From positions 434,001 through 498,000 of the forward strand of contig CP075492.1 in assembly GCA_021613535.1 (NCBI GenBank): a stretch of 64,000 nt of DNA. Direction: 5' to 3'. Source of the DNA: Adineta vaga (lineage: Eukaryota > Animalia > Rotifera). The notes under the pieces are model-generated. The model had not been told where the DNA came from. It saw only the letters and a program-made list of their open reading frames with translations, and searched no databases. Both the position numbers and the translations under genes were made by a program. Shown in pieces: positions 48,706-61,992 of this stretch (position 1 is its first letter; each line of letters starts with the position of its first letter).

Positions 48706-48971
48706 CCAACATCAACCATAGTTATTAAGTCATGAAGAGAGTTCTACTTCACAATAAGACATGCGCTTAGAGAGAGAGAGATGAACAGAGAAGAATATAA
48801 TAGAGAGGTGAGAGGATAAAGAACAGAAAGAGATGATAATATTATTGTTACATCGATATAAAGACGGATCATTGAAATTAAGGTTGTTATTATTATCGGA
48901 TGTATCAATAGTACGACATATCAGTTAAAGTTGTTATTTCCCCTAATTATCGAGATATATCTTTGTCAGAA

Positions 48972-49799
48972 GGGGTAGTTGATCTTCGCCAATATTCCTC
49001 TTCGCCATCAGTAGTTTCGCCAATTGGCGAACTCGAATATCAGATTTGATTGTATATTTTTGGCGAATTTCAACTCCGATTTCGCCAATTACAAATAACA
49101 TTCTAACTCAAAACTATCTTACTAATAATTGCTTTTGAAACACTAAAATAATTCTTTTCTAAATATGAACAGACAATAAAAAAGCTTATATGATAGTTTT
49201 CTATATGATCGAAAACAATTGGTTATGTGTGTTGATATGGATAATTCCGAATATATGGATGAGAGATTTTTCCATTTATACATTACTTGAAAGACGAAGA
49301 ATCGTTGATATGGCACAGAATTACACATTTAGGTGGTGGTGCCGAAATAACTTCTAGCACATTAGTGTTTTCTCATCTTCATGCTGAGAAAAAGCAACTA
49401 CTACATTTAGAAGAATTATTTGATTCAGGGATTATCGGTGTGAAAGAATATCTAAAATCAGCTTCTTCAATGGTTGGGAAAATGTCAACTCACAAGTGCC
49501 ATGATGATGTAGCTGATAATGTTCAACCAACTACAAACCAAAATGAAGAAAATTTATCATAATTTAGCTTTTATTTCTTTTATCATATATACATTTCAGT
49601 TATGATTTCTTTCTTATTAAAAAAAAAGATGTTGAATTTAAGCTACATTTCGTATTATTGACTCACTTGACTAATAATTTTCATCAGGAAACTCGCCAAT
49701 TGGCGAACTCGAAGGTTAAAAAATTGTTTTTTATTGGCGAGTTTCTCCAAGAATTTCGCCAATTGGCGAAAAGGAATATTGGCGAAATTACATACACTC
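48972..49799. mobile_element. Non-autonomous element with TTCGCCAAT-repeat TIRs (Mutator-like), with an internal ORF remnant
   Basis: ttcgccaatattcctcttcgcca at left vs tggcgaaaaggaatattggcgaa at right; multiple ttcgccaattggcga palindromes. Confidence 0.6.
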
Positions 49800-52799
49800 A
49801 TCCTGCTAGAACCTTATAAATCCTTGTAGAATCTACAGGCACCGGTAAAACTTTTGAGGGGAATAGTAAGAACTGAATTATTTTATAGTTCACTTACGTG
49901 ATTTAGTGTATAGTCAAACCAAACCCAATCCTAAACGCAACGTTCGAGTCCAAACTCGAAATCATATTCAACACGCAATCAGTTTAGATTGTGGTTTGAG
50001 TTTGCTATAGGTGTAGTGATAGAACTAACTAGTACAATACCTAAGAAGATATCGTATGGTAATTATACACTTTGTCTAAATCTACACTGCTTCTGTTGAG
50101 TCAGCATTTCTTCTTTTCTTTGTTTCTGTGTTGATATAAACACTTACCTTAAAGACAACAGGAAACAAGGATACTGATGTAACACAATTTGCGAGCAAAG
50201 GGATGTTAAAATGTAATGTTATTTCTTCTAACTGCCTTTTTCACTTCTATATTCCACTAACACAAATTCTCACTGAGAACTCAATATTATATACCTGAGA
50301 GAGACAGAGAGAGACAGAGAGAAAAAAGAGAAGATTTTTTTTTGCTACTGGAGAAGGTGAGTATCCAACTGAGATTTGCATTTTGATGAGTAACAGATGT
50401 AAAATATGCAGTGAGAGTCAACAGCAACGCGAGAGAAAAGAAAATTGCCAGAAATTCCTGAATTTGGAAAGAAAATAATTAATATAATGTAGCAGAAAAT
50501 ATACTTTATCCTGTGTATTGACAACAGAAAAATGAAATAAAATGGAATTTTAGATATTTTTTTGGACGTTAAGTGTTGCCATCCTCATTTTAAATCTCTA
50601 ATTTTGAAGGTATAATTTAATCTTTGAATATAATTAGCTAAATATCAGTGAAGCTAAATGTTATATAGTAATAATAATCAAGTTCTACACCTGTAAGTGT
50701 CGAATAAGTATAGAACATGTGTATATGAGTTTGCAACGGAAAAAGGAAGAGTTAAACCGGCAAAGACTATTTTCAGTCGTGAATTTGAAGTTGGGTAGCA
50801 ATTGAATTGAAAAAAATCACAATTCGTGCATGGTTTGATCTGTCTATTGTCAAATGATCTATTAAATTGTTAACGAAATTCACAGATGATGAAGATTACC
50901 AATTTCTATCTTTAGTTTTATATTACATTAATGTAGCTGTAAATATTTGTTTACAAATATAAGTTTTTTTTCTTTTTCTACAAATAAATTAGATGAGTCT
51001 AAAGATCACGGCACTAAAAGATTACGTTGTTTTTCATTTGAAATGATATCTGTGGAAGTGGATTAGATATAGGTATGCTTCTAAATTAATTGGATGGATA
51101 GAATATTTCTTTTTTTCTTTTCTTCTCTAGCTGAAAAGTTGTTTCTCACTTGAAATAATGTTGGTAAAAGTAGATTGAATCTACGTATTCTTTATAATTA
51201 GATGTATGGATGGAAATGTAGTATTCGTATAAGAATATCTTTAAAATCTCTGCTACAGTCGTTTGTTTTCTTTTATTCTCGTCTTCAATGTTTTCGATAT
51301 TATCTCAGATACGTTTTTAAGGAACTTATATTTAACAATTGTTTGATGAATACAGGATAGTTTATTATGTATTACGAAAGTGACTGATTTTTCTGGTCGA
51401 AGAGAATAATTATAATGTATTTAAATAATCTTTTATGTTCACATTAATTGTAGTCAAAGATAATAATCATAGTTTAACTGTCTCAATTTAACATGTTTTT
51501 TTTGTTGCTATTTGTTGACGAACGTTTGTTTTAATCAGAGAATGTTATTTCATTCTTTTCTTTTTTTTTCAAATGATATTTTTTAACTTTTAATCATATG
51601 AAATGGCTTTCTCTGAGGAGAGAGAAATTGTATGCGGTTGGTTACCGATAATTTTCTCAAACAATCCACTTCCTTTTGCCCTGGTCTTTCATGGTAACTA
51701 CGTAGATATTTGTTTATATAGAAGTAATGGATGTATTCTTACTGTTTTAGCAATAAAAAGCAGAAAGATGATATTAACTGAAAACTAAATATAAATCAAT
51801 GAAATTACCTTCATTTTAGATCATTGAAAGTATTTATTTTCTTTACTTTTTCTTAAGTTATTAAAGAAAATGTTGATGAAAATTTTTGTTCATAAATAAA
51901 TTAGAAACTATATTTCTTCAAAGATGTTGATTAAAAAACATTTCTTCTTCTACGACTGTTATTTCTATGGAGAATAACATATTTGAGAAAAGAATTTCTT
52001 TTCAAAAGTAGATGAAACAAACGGAATATCATCTTCTCATACTTTTCAATTCTTTTTATCGATAGAATAAAGTCAAATAGTGAAACCTAGTGGAATGGTT
52101 TGACAGAAACTCTCTTGAGTGTTTTAGTATATTCATATCATTTTATTACAATGAGAAATGATTATTTCTATGTGAAAATAAAATCTAAAACATAAGTTTA
52201 TTACTTGATTATAAAGGATACCGTACAATAAGATCGTCAATCTATCACCTATCCGTATTCATTTTAAGAGACGTTTTATGACAGGAGGGACCAAATCTAC
52301 CAGAGCTGGCCGGAAACGGTTCGGGGATTTCGATGTTTTATATCTCGTTTGAAAGGTCAGAGTGGGTATATACAAAAGCCAAAATATCATGAATCAAAGT
52401 GAAGTTAATAGTGGAAAAATAAGGGATGCAAGTTTAGCACCCTAAAACGACCTATCAAATTTTGCCTGTTTTTGACGACTTTTTGTTTGATGAATATCTT
52501 CGTTAAATATTGACGAAACATACAAGTATTATATACCATTCGATAGTGCCAAATTTGCTCTACAAAATTCTTTAAATAACCATAATTCATTGAATGACTC
52601 GTAAGATCGAAAAACTTGAAAATACGAAGATCCATGATGAATTTTTACGAATTTAGGTCAAAAGTTCACTATTATCCATATGATGGGGATTATGATTTTG
52701 TAGCAAAATCATTTACTTTAAAAGCAAATGAATTTGTCGAAAATTAAGATTAACTGACATTATCACCATAGTGATCTTCGTGGTTGACATAATATAGAG

Positions 52800-53540
52800 A
52801 TACAATGGTACTGTACTCTTTGTAGTATATGTGGTATTGTGGTATAGTGATATTGTGGTATTGTGGTATAGTGGTATAGTGGTATAAGGGTATAGGTAGT
52901 ATATGTGGTATTGTGATTTAGTGGTATATATACCATTATACCACAATACCACATATACTACCTATAGCATTATACCACAATACCACATATACTACCTATA
53001 GCATTATACCACATATACTACCTATAGCATTATACCACAATACCACTATACCGGAATACCACATATGCTACCTATATTACAATACCTCAAAGACCATACA
53101 ATACCACTATACCGGAATACCACATATGCTACCTATATTACAATACCTCAAAGACCATACAATACCACTATACCGGAATACCACATATGCTACCTATATT
53201 ACAATACCTCAAAGACCATACAATACCACTATACCGGAATACCACATATGCTACCTATATTACAATACCTCAAAGACCATACAATACCACTATACCGGAA
53301 TACCACATATGCTACCTATATTACAATACCTCAAAGACCATACAATACCACTATACCGGAATACCACATATGCTACCTATATTACAATACCTCAAAGACC
53401 ATACAATACCACTATACCGGAATACCACATATGCTACCTATATTACAATACCTCAAAGACCATACAATACCACTATACCGGAATACCACATATGCTACCT
53501 ATATTACAATACCTCAAAGACCATACAATACGACTATACC
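52800..53540. repeat. 61-bp tandem minisatellite (~8 copies, 53040-53527) preceded by shorter TACCAC-rich units and an inverted arm (52820-52926)
   Basis: Unit ataccactataccggaataccacatatgctacctatattacaatacctcaaagaccataca; ORF starts spaced 61 bp apart. Confidence 0.95.
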
Positions 53541-53969
53541 GTGTGGGTTCCAAAAAGCAGGTTCATTTTGTATTTGTTCAATATTGTTACATTACGAATT
53601 TTTTTTCTCCTTCTTTGGCATAATGCTGGATGTATGATACATATGTATGTATTGTTTTCTTCCTATTGCTTTGTTTTATATGGTTATTACAACCACCAAG
53701 TGCAAATAACTTTGTTCTTTATAGATTTTTTTCTCCATATGTTAAAGATGAGAATGACCGTGCTTTTTTAACGGGCCCGGTATGCTACCTATACCACAAT
53801 ACCACATATACTATCTATATCACAAAACTAATACAATACCATACTACTACACAACTATACTGTAAAGACAACTATAGCACTTTGGCTTCTATAGTCTATG
53901 ACTTTTTCCTTTGCATATAAATTCTCATATAAGAGGAGCGTTAAGTCATTTACTTAGCGCGCTATTTAA

Positions 53970-56186
53970 CCCTTTCACTCCTGGTGGGATATATATTTCC
54001 CACCTAGTGAGAATTTATATTTCTCAAAGAATTTCGAAATTATTCGAGGTTTTTAAGATTTAGAAGGAATATTTTCATCTTTTATTCGTAGTTAGGATAT
54101 ATTTTGGAAGGTTTGCATAGATATTTTATGAATCTAATAACGTAGTTTGTCGTGTTTCTTTGATTTCACGCGGTTTTACTAAATATTCTATAGTTTATAC
54201 ATGGAAACAGTTATTCTATTCGTTGTTTTCGTGATAAAAGAATATACTATCACTATGCCATACTACAGCGACCTCTATAAATTACACTTTATGAATATCA
54301 GTAATTGGATAATTCTATTCGCAAATAAAACCAGCGGTGTAATATCCGAGCTTTGAATATTCTCAAAAACCTAACTGTTTTCTCAAGTATAATGGATTCA
54401 GATTCTGATGAAAGATTTTCCGATGGAAATGAAAGTGAGCTTGGTTCTGAAGAGCTTGAAAATAGTAGTTCTGATGATAATGAATCATTAATCGACGAGC
54501 TCGATCAAATTCCAGTAACAGATTGGAAATGGAAAGGTGATCACTCAAACTTTTCTACCAGTTTCAATTATTTTCATGGACATGCATTAGGAAATCAATC
54601 AATTCAACCAATAGATTCATTTTTCAAGTTTATGTCGCAAGATTTGATCAAGTTATTTGTCGACCAGACGAACATTTATGGAAAGCAACGTTGTGTTGCA
54701 AAAGGTGAAGATGAAACGAAATGAAAAGAAATTGATGAAAATGAAATACATGCATTTCTTGGCATATTATTGATTATGGGATTTCACAAGTTACCAAGAA
54801 TAGAAGATTATTGGAGTAAAGATAAAAATTTGTTTACACCAGCTGTTGCTGATACAATGACAAGAGACGAATTTCAACGACTTTTTTCCAACATTCATCT
54901 TGCTGATAATTCGAAAATGCCATCGAAAAACTCTTCTAACTATGATAAAATGTATAAAGTAAATGATTTTCTTAATATTTTGAAAAGAAATTTCCAGAGA
55001 AACTATTCACTTGGATCATGCATTTCCATCGATGAGGCGATGATAAAGTTCAAGGGTAGATCTAGTATAAAACAGTACCAGCCAATGAAACCAACTAAGA
55101 GAGGATATAAGGTATGGGTGTTAGCAGAATCGAGTACGGGGTATGTCTATAACTTTGAAATTTATACAGGAAAGACTACTGAACGATATTTGTCATTAGG
55201 AGAGCATGTAGTTTTATCGTTGATAGATGGAATAGATTTGAAGAATCGTCAATTATTTTTTGATAATTATTTTACCTCTTTAGTGTTACTTTACAAGCTA
55301 AGAAAAAAAAATATATCAGCTACCGGTACAATTCGATCCAATAGAAAATATTTCCCAATTGAACTGAAAAAAAATGATACATTGGAGAGAGGAGATTTTC
55401 GGTTCCTATCAGCAAACGGAATATCTGTGATAAAATGGATGGATAAGAAAGAAGTTCTAGTCGCATCAAATTACTTTGATCCAAAAGAATCAAGTGAAGT
55501 TACTCGACGCTGTAAGGATGGTAGTAGACAAAAAATTTCTTCTCCATTAGCAATTGTTGAATACAATAAAAACATGGGAGGAGTCGATCTATCAGATCAA
55601 AAAATAAAGTATTATACAATTGATCGAAAGTCGAAAAGAAATTGGATGAGAATATTTTTTCATTTTCTTGGTACATCAATAGTGAATTCATTTATCTATT
55701 ATAAAGATCTTTGTGGTAGTAGTAATATTAGTACAGTAAATTATATATCGTGTATTAGCACTGCATTAATAGGTAACTATTGCGGTAGAAAAAGAATAGG
55801 AAGACCTTCGGCAAGGAATAGTCAAAAGAGAATTCGCATCGAGGAAAGCAGTAGTGATTTGGAAGATTCTGAAAAAGTACGATTGTCAGCTCATTTGCCA
55901 GATGTTATTCCAACTTACCGTAGATGCGCTTATTGTAGTACAAAAGAAAAAGAAAAAAGAACGAATGTAATATGCATTTTTTGTGGTGTTTGTCTTTGTG
56001 TGAAAAAATGTTTTTCTTTGTATCATCAAAACTTTGTGTATCAACAATAAACTAAACACACGCGTACTCATAAAAAAACACAGTTTTTGCTATAACTTCA
56101 CCAGCAGTACCAGAATACTGCTGAGTCACTTACTACCATGTTTCTTCAAACATAAATCACATAAAAAAAAGTCAGGAGTCAAAGGG
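53970..56186 (+). mobile_element. Full-length piggyBac transposon
   Basis: TTAA|CCCTTTCACTCCTG ... CAGGAGTCAAAGGG|TTAA. Confidence 0.95.
54392..56050 (+). pseudogene. piggyBac (PGBD4-like) transposase with a single nonsense codon at 54722-54724
   Basis: Acidic N-terminus, SIDEAMI, FDNYFTS, MGGVDLSDQ and C-terminal Cys-rich domain; the two ORFs are in the same frame, with TGA where Trp is expected. Confidence 0.9.
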
Positions 56187-56192
56187 TTAAAT

Positions 56193-59100
56193 TCAAATGA
56201 TAAAACAGCTTTTTTCAAATTGATACTCTGAAACAAAAACGATTTCGTTAAAGTATCTAAAATGAGCTGGAATATTTACTTGTTCCTTTGTTTTTCGATC
56301 ATCTGGTGTAAGTTTTTCACTTGTATTAATTTTATCATCAATATGATCAATAATTAAATCGAGTGTATTGATAGTTTCTGGTAATGAACGACAAATAGCA
56401 CTAATTGATTCATAATTAGCGGACCATCGAGTAACTGATAAATTCTTTATGGTTACAGCTGATGACGATGAATTAATTTGAGTTCGAAATGTATGATAAC
56501 GATTGATACTGCTAGTTAGGAAATTATAGATTTCTTCGAGTAAATTGAAAAAACGAATGTATTCGGTTGAACACTCACAACCATGTTTTACACCGAGATT
56601 TGCTGAATGACCACCACATGGTACATGAATGACATCTCGTTTAAGTGTAATTTTCATACAATTTTGAACTCCACGTCTACAACCTGACATATTAGGCGCA
56701 TTATCATAACATTGACCAACTAAAGAATCAGTGGAAATTTGATAATCACGAAGTATAGTGAGAATAAAGTCACATATAGCTTGACCAGTTTTTGTTGGCA
56801 ACTCTTTCAATGCAATAACACGTTCATATATATTCAAATCATGATCAACATATCGAATGACTAATGAATAAATTTCTCGATGACTACAATCAGGAGTAGA
56901 ATCGGTCATGACCGAATAAAATGATGAATTTTGCACCTGTTGAATAATCAAACGAATAAGGTAAGTACCGATTTGTTCTATAAATTCATCTTGACTACGA
57001 GCACTCGTGTAGGTTACCTAAAAAACAATTTAGTAGATTAATTTGAATAGATACTATAACACTTACGTGATGACTTCTGAATTTTTTGTCATCAAACCAT
57101 GAATTTAGTAAAGGATTATGACGACGTAATAAGTTTATAAGTTGAATAAAATTACCTGTAAGAAAAAACATTAATAAAATGAAATATTACATAGCCAACA
57201 GAAGTACCATGTTCTTGAGGTTCTCGACGAAATGCAAGACCTTGTTTGGCCAAAAATAACGTACAGTCGAAGAATGTTTCAATGATTCTTTTATTGATGT
57301 GAAAGATTGATTCTTTTTTTTGACTTGCAAGTCTATGATTTGCATTCAGTAATTGTTCGACATTTAACTGTTTATTTCTGAAAGCAGATAAACGATACAT
57401 TGACGACATGTGGCTAGAAGATGTAAAATGTTGTTCCAAATTTCCTAGACAAGAGCAATGTTTTTCAAATTTAAAAGAGTTAATTGATTATAATACCTTT
57501 TCCTCCTATTCCTTTTCCTTTCATTTTTGACCAAGATTGAACCCCTGTTTTAATCCAAGCAAAATCCCCCTTTTCAGAACCAGGACCTACAGAAAAATGA
57601 TCAAATAATATTCATAGACCAATTACATACCTTTATGAAACAGACGAAAAGCAAAACAAAATGCTCTATCACTTGATTCACTATATTCCAACATTGGGTA
57701 TTCATTGAACCATTTTGCAACAAATTTGCACGTTGTTTTTTGTGCAACTAATGATGAGTTTTTTGGATAGTCGTTTAACACTGGTTGCATTGGGCCTTTA
57801 TGAACTAAATATCGAAGATCTTCTTCGGTAAACTTCCCATTGGTAGGCCAACAGGCTTTAAAAACCAATGTTTAAATTTGTCAACAATGATAATTTACTT
57901 ACCAGGATCTCTTGAAATAATATCATTTGATTTATGAGATTCGAATTCAACATTGGAAAACTGAACGTTAATTTTAGCAATTTGTTCATGACAAGTTGCA
58001 TCAAGTGGATCAAGAATGGTTTTTAATTCAAAAACAAATGATTGAGTCTTTTCAACAAATTCTTTATGTGGAATATCATTTCGAGTAGAATATTTGATTA
58101 AATTTTGACACGATTTGCGATGGAATTCAATTTGAAATAGATATGTAGCTAACATATCTCGTTGATTTATTTCGCTATTTTCAGGTACAGCATGTTGAAC
58201 TGAAGAAATGTAAATAAAATATAATATAATGTTAGGAAATCTATAGACAAGAGTTCAAAGATGAACAAAAGTTCGTATACTCACTTAGGTTGTGTTGAAG
58301 ATCATCAGATGATTCATTATCAATACCTGATTGTAAAGATACAACAGGCTCATCCGATTCATTTGATACAATTGAATCTGTACTTGTAATCGTAATGTTC
58401 TTGAAAGAATTACATAATGTTGTCTTTTCGCTATTCATTGATAAAGATGAAATTTTATCAACTAATGATGAAGTGTTGACGACGGATAATAAAGATTCAG
58501 ATGTGCTATTTGTTGGCACATTGTTGACGTATATTGATTGAATATTTAGTGTTTCAGATGTTGCTGATGACGATGAAGATGTTTTAGATGCAGTTGATGT
58601 TGCTGATGACGATGAAGATGTTTTAGATGCAGTTGATGTTGCTGATGACGATGAAGATGTTTTAGATGCAGTTGATGTTGCTGATGACGATGAAGATGTT
58701 TTAGATGCAGTTGATGTTGCTGATGACGATGAAGATGTTTTAGATGCAGTTGATGTTGCTGATGACGATGTTTTAGATGCAGTTGATGTTGCTGATGACG
58801 ATGAAGATGTTTTAGATGCAGTTGATGTTGCTGATGACGATGAAGATGTTTTAGATGCAGTTGATGTTGCTGATGACGATGAAGATGTTTTAGATGCAGT
58901 TGATGTTGCTGATGACGATGAAGATGTTTTAGATGCAGTTGATGTTGCTGATGACGATGAAGATGTTTTAGATGCAGTTGATGTTGCTGATGAAGATGTT
59001 TCATGTGTAGCTGGTGCAGTTGATGTTGTAGAAGGAGATGCTCTGGTTGTTGTTGGTGTTCTTAATGAAGATGATTTTGATGACGATGATGATAGTGATA

Positions 59101-59215
59101 ATGGAACTAATTGATTGACAAGTTCACTTAGTGGTTTAAAATATTTTGTGATACCTTCGACACTTCTTTCATGAGGAATAGCTCTTTTATTGTTTGGACT
59201 GGTGCACTTCGACAT
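56193..59215 (-). pseudogene. Multi-exon ZMYM1-like hAT transposase, C-terminus missing
   Basis: WFNEYPMLEYSESSDRAFCFAF (TTF finger), LAKQGLAFR, DSTPDCSHRE, CYDNAPNMSG, HVPCGGH and TRWS motifs across ORFs 58241, 57895, 57623, 57152 and 56193. Confidence 0.8.
58550..59000 (-). repeat. 39-bp coding minisatellite (~11 copies; SATSTASKTSSSS)
   Basis: Plus-strand unit gatgcagttgatgttgctgatgacgatgaagatgtttta; one unit is 6 bp shorter and stays in frame. Confidence 0.95.
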
Positions 59216-59774
59216 ATATGAATTGGAATGAATGGCTGTATTTACACTTTACGATAAACTGTTTTATCTAAAACACAATATCATACATGAATTTTAAATG
59301 GTAACAAAAGATGCCAGGAAACAATACTATTTAACCAAATACTTTCTCAATTATTTGAAATCAACGTTGGTGAAAGACGAAACATCCATCACGTCACATG
59401 AAGAAAATAAAGATTGATGATTGATGTACATTTATTGCTTAAAAATTACAATCTGAGATCATTGGTTATCCAACAGAACGAATACGAAAACATAAACTTC
59501 ATCTTATTAATCTTATAATCGGATCTCATTTCGATTTTATTTATAATATGATATGACATCTATAGAATATTTCTTACGACTTCGTGCATGGTGACGCTAA
59601 CATACTTCGCTTGTTTTATTTTTTCCGACATAATTTTATCTCACAAAATGTATCTGAAAAGGATTTTTTCTTAAAATAACGAAATGATGAATTATTTTTT
59701 AAAGCAATATTTTTCTATTATTGGGGGGGGGGGGGCGTCGCGCCCCCTACGCCCCCCTATCGGGACACCCCTGA

Positions 59775-59797
59775 NNNNNNNNNNNNNNNNNNNNNNN
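59775..59797. other. Assembly gap
   Basis: Run of N. Confidence 1.
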
Positions 59798-59876
59798 CCC
59801 ACACCCATCAATGTATAATATTCATTACATATCTATCTTTATTCGATTATATCTCACTCTTACAACGTGCAGAAAC

Positions 59877-60164
59877 ATGAGCAATATCAAGACTATTACT
59901 TATTTATAGTTTTTATTTGGACATTTCTGGCAGCATGTGCTAAAGCAAAAGTGATATATCAAGATTCTGAAGATTCTAGTCTTGAAAATGATCGTCGAAA
60001 TGCTGCATTCGATCGATTGCTCGAAACCTTTTTAAAAAGAAGTTGTCCTGCTTTTGGCCAATCCTGTAGTGGTCCTGATGTTAATACTGGTGCTGGTGGG
60101 GACAGTAACTGTTGCTCGAGCAATTGCAACGGTCGTCGTGACGGTCGCAAAAGTGGTTTTTGCG
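59877..60164 (+). CDS. Knottin (C-C-CC-C-C) prepropeptide; ATG is out of frame by 1 nt
   Basis: Signal peptide, acidic propeptide, KR site, then SCPAFGQSCSGPDVNTGAGGDSNCCSSNCNGRRDGRKSGFC; possible splice donor GTATGT at 60165. Confidence 0.65.
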
Positions 60165-60187
60165 GTATGTATAGCGGAGAGTATCGC

Positions 60188-60257
60188 CAGGGTGGTGGTG
60201 TGGGTGTGGGTATCTCTTCTTTATCTACACCCACACCCACACCCACACCCACACCCA
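60188..60257. repeat. Inverted TGTGGG / CCCACA hexamer repeats
   Basis: gtgtgggtgtgggt...(acaccc)5; degenerate relative at 34181-34246. Confidence 0.75.
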
Positions 60258-61238
60258 AGATGGCTTCCAGTATGTACAGAGTCTTGAAGTCCTATACGAG
60301 GGGGTGGTACCATTGGTCCCTCAAGTTCTACCGTATCATGGTACCCGTATGTCGTTTTGTACGTTAAATATCTAAATGCGCTGTGATGTAGAAGAGGCAA
60401 TTGTGAATCTAACTAGCGGAGGTTTCTTATGAGATCGGTAAAAGTGAGTGGTTTTGCTTTTGGTTCAGTTTTCCCTACTATACTTAGGCCAACCTGTAAG
60501 AAAGAGAAATGTCTTTGAAAAGTCATTCCATAATATGTTTCAAACGGACACATCTAGCAAATCTTTTGCGCTTTATAGCTTTTCATCGAAATGGAACTAA
60601 TAAAACATTAGAAACTAAATGCAGTTACTGCGCTTGAAATTGAACTACGAGAAAAGAATAGATCGTTAGGGAAACCTGGGAACGACTGGCCGTGAGTGGT
60701 CGACCGACCAGTCGTTTATTGAAAAACGTTTTTTTAAACTAAACGTCGAGTATGGACCCTAAACTGTTTCAGATGATTTTTCAAAATAACCGAATCGATT
60801 TTGTTCATGTGACGAATCCGGTAGGATATCCGATTCTCAAAACAAAACAGAAAATAAAGACAAACAAATCAATTAAAACATATAATTTGAACGTGTATGT
60901 ATGTACGATAGGTGAATGAGTGGTCTTCTGCTTTAATTGTAGTTCACGTTAGGCTGGTCACGAGAATAAGCTACGAATGGAAACAAATAGTCATGAGGTG
61001 CCAGAAGGAGAAAGACCGACGAACGGCTAAACGTTGATGTTAAGGGCATGATTAATGCAATGCGTTGAAGTTTCTATGCTTTCAATACTCTCGAATGACT
61101 AAAGCCAGAAGAAAAATAGTTTCTAATAAGAAATTGGACGTTAGAGCCGTGGTTTGTTTCGAGTATCCCTTGTTCACAAAAATATACATTTCCAAAGAAA
61201 AACTTTATAGGGAAAATAATGGATCAATTCCATATTTA

Positions 61239-61992
61239 ATCCTTCAGTCGAGGGTTAAGTGAGTCTGCCTCGACGAGCGTTACTAGTTTCTTTTCGGTGC
61301 AAAAAGGATTTGATATTTTTAAAGCATTTATCCTCTTGATATAATCATATTTATTTATTTGCGCTTGCTTATCTTTGACAAAATTAATAATTATCACCCA
61401 TAAAACAGTCTGCTGGATAATAAAAGGTGAGATCGAAGAAAAAACAACTTTCAAAGAGAAAAAAAGTCTTCTATTTGTTAAATACCATCTTTTTTTTATA
61501 AAGAATATCACAAAAAATGAAATATCAACATTACAATATGGAATCATCTTATTTTCTCGCTAGAACCGCCTGAAAGAAGTTAATATCTAACCGATAACTT
61601 AAAAAAATACGCCTAGAAATTATTTTTTTTTAAAACAACAGAAAAAAAATATATATTAAAGCTTGAGCATCATAATACAAGTGGAAGTCAACAAACAAAG
61701 AACTGATTCCACAGTTTTGATGCATTTTTAGACTTTAAAATTCAAATAACACCCGTAGAATTACACACTATCGTTCTTAAATATTCAAGAGTAAAAATGT
61801 TTTCTTGAACTATGTTTACAAGATAATCTGTTTTTATTAAACTTTCATCATTTGATGATCGAATATTTCATTCAAGAATTACTAATTCCAATCGAAAATA
61901 TTATTTTATACAAAATAATTCAACCTAGATGAGAATGATATTAATAAATAATGCTCGTCGAGGCAGACCCGCTTAGCCCTCAACTGAAGGAT
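61239..61992. mobile_element. MITE with ~45-bp TIRs
   Basis: atccttcagtcgagggttaagtgagtctgcctcgacgagc / gctcgtcgaggcagacccgcttagccctcaactgaaggat. Confidence 0.8.

Larger units (their letters stand above)
56191..59773 (-). mobile_element. hAT transposon of the ZMYM1-like (TTF zinc finger/DUF4371) type, 3' truncated at the piggyBac
   Basis: Terminus CAGGGGTGTCCCGA at 59773 (-) with G-rich subterminal tract; multi-exon transposase inside. Confidence 0.75.

Noticed and set aside
53040-53527. CRISPR-like array, or the three overlapping ORFs at 53065/53126/53187
   Set aside because: Units are identical head-to-tail 61-mers with no unique spacers and no cas genes; the ORFs are artefacts of a stop-free repeat
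24318-54724. TGA reassignment or selenocysteine suggested by in-frame TGAs in MACPF and piggyBac
   Set aside because: The expected residues differ (Gly vs Trp), each is one substitution from a sense codon, and TGA serves as a normal stop at 12183
58546-59004. His/Gln-rich ORF (HQQHQLHLKHLHR)n
   Set aside because: Alternative frame of the 39-bp repeat; the Ser/Thr frame has the upstream ATG and long flanks
60165-60367. Gly-Val / Pro-Thr tail of the 166-aa ORF as real protein
   Set aside because: Derives from the TGTGGG/CCCACA repeat after a likely splice donor
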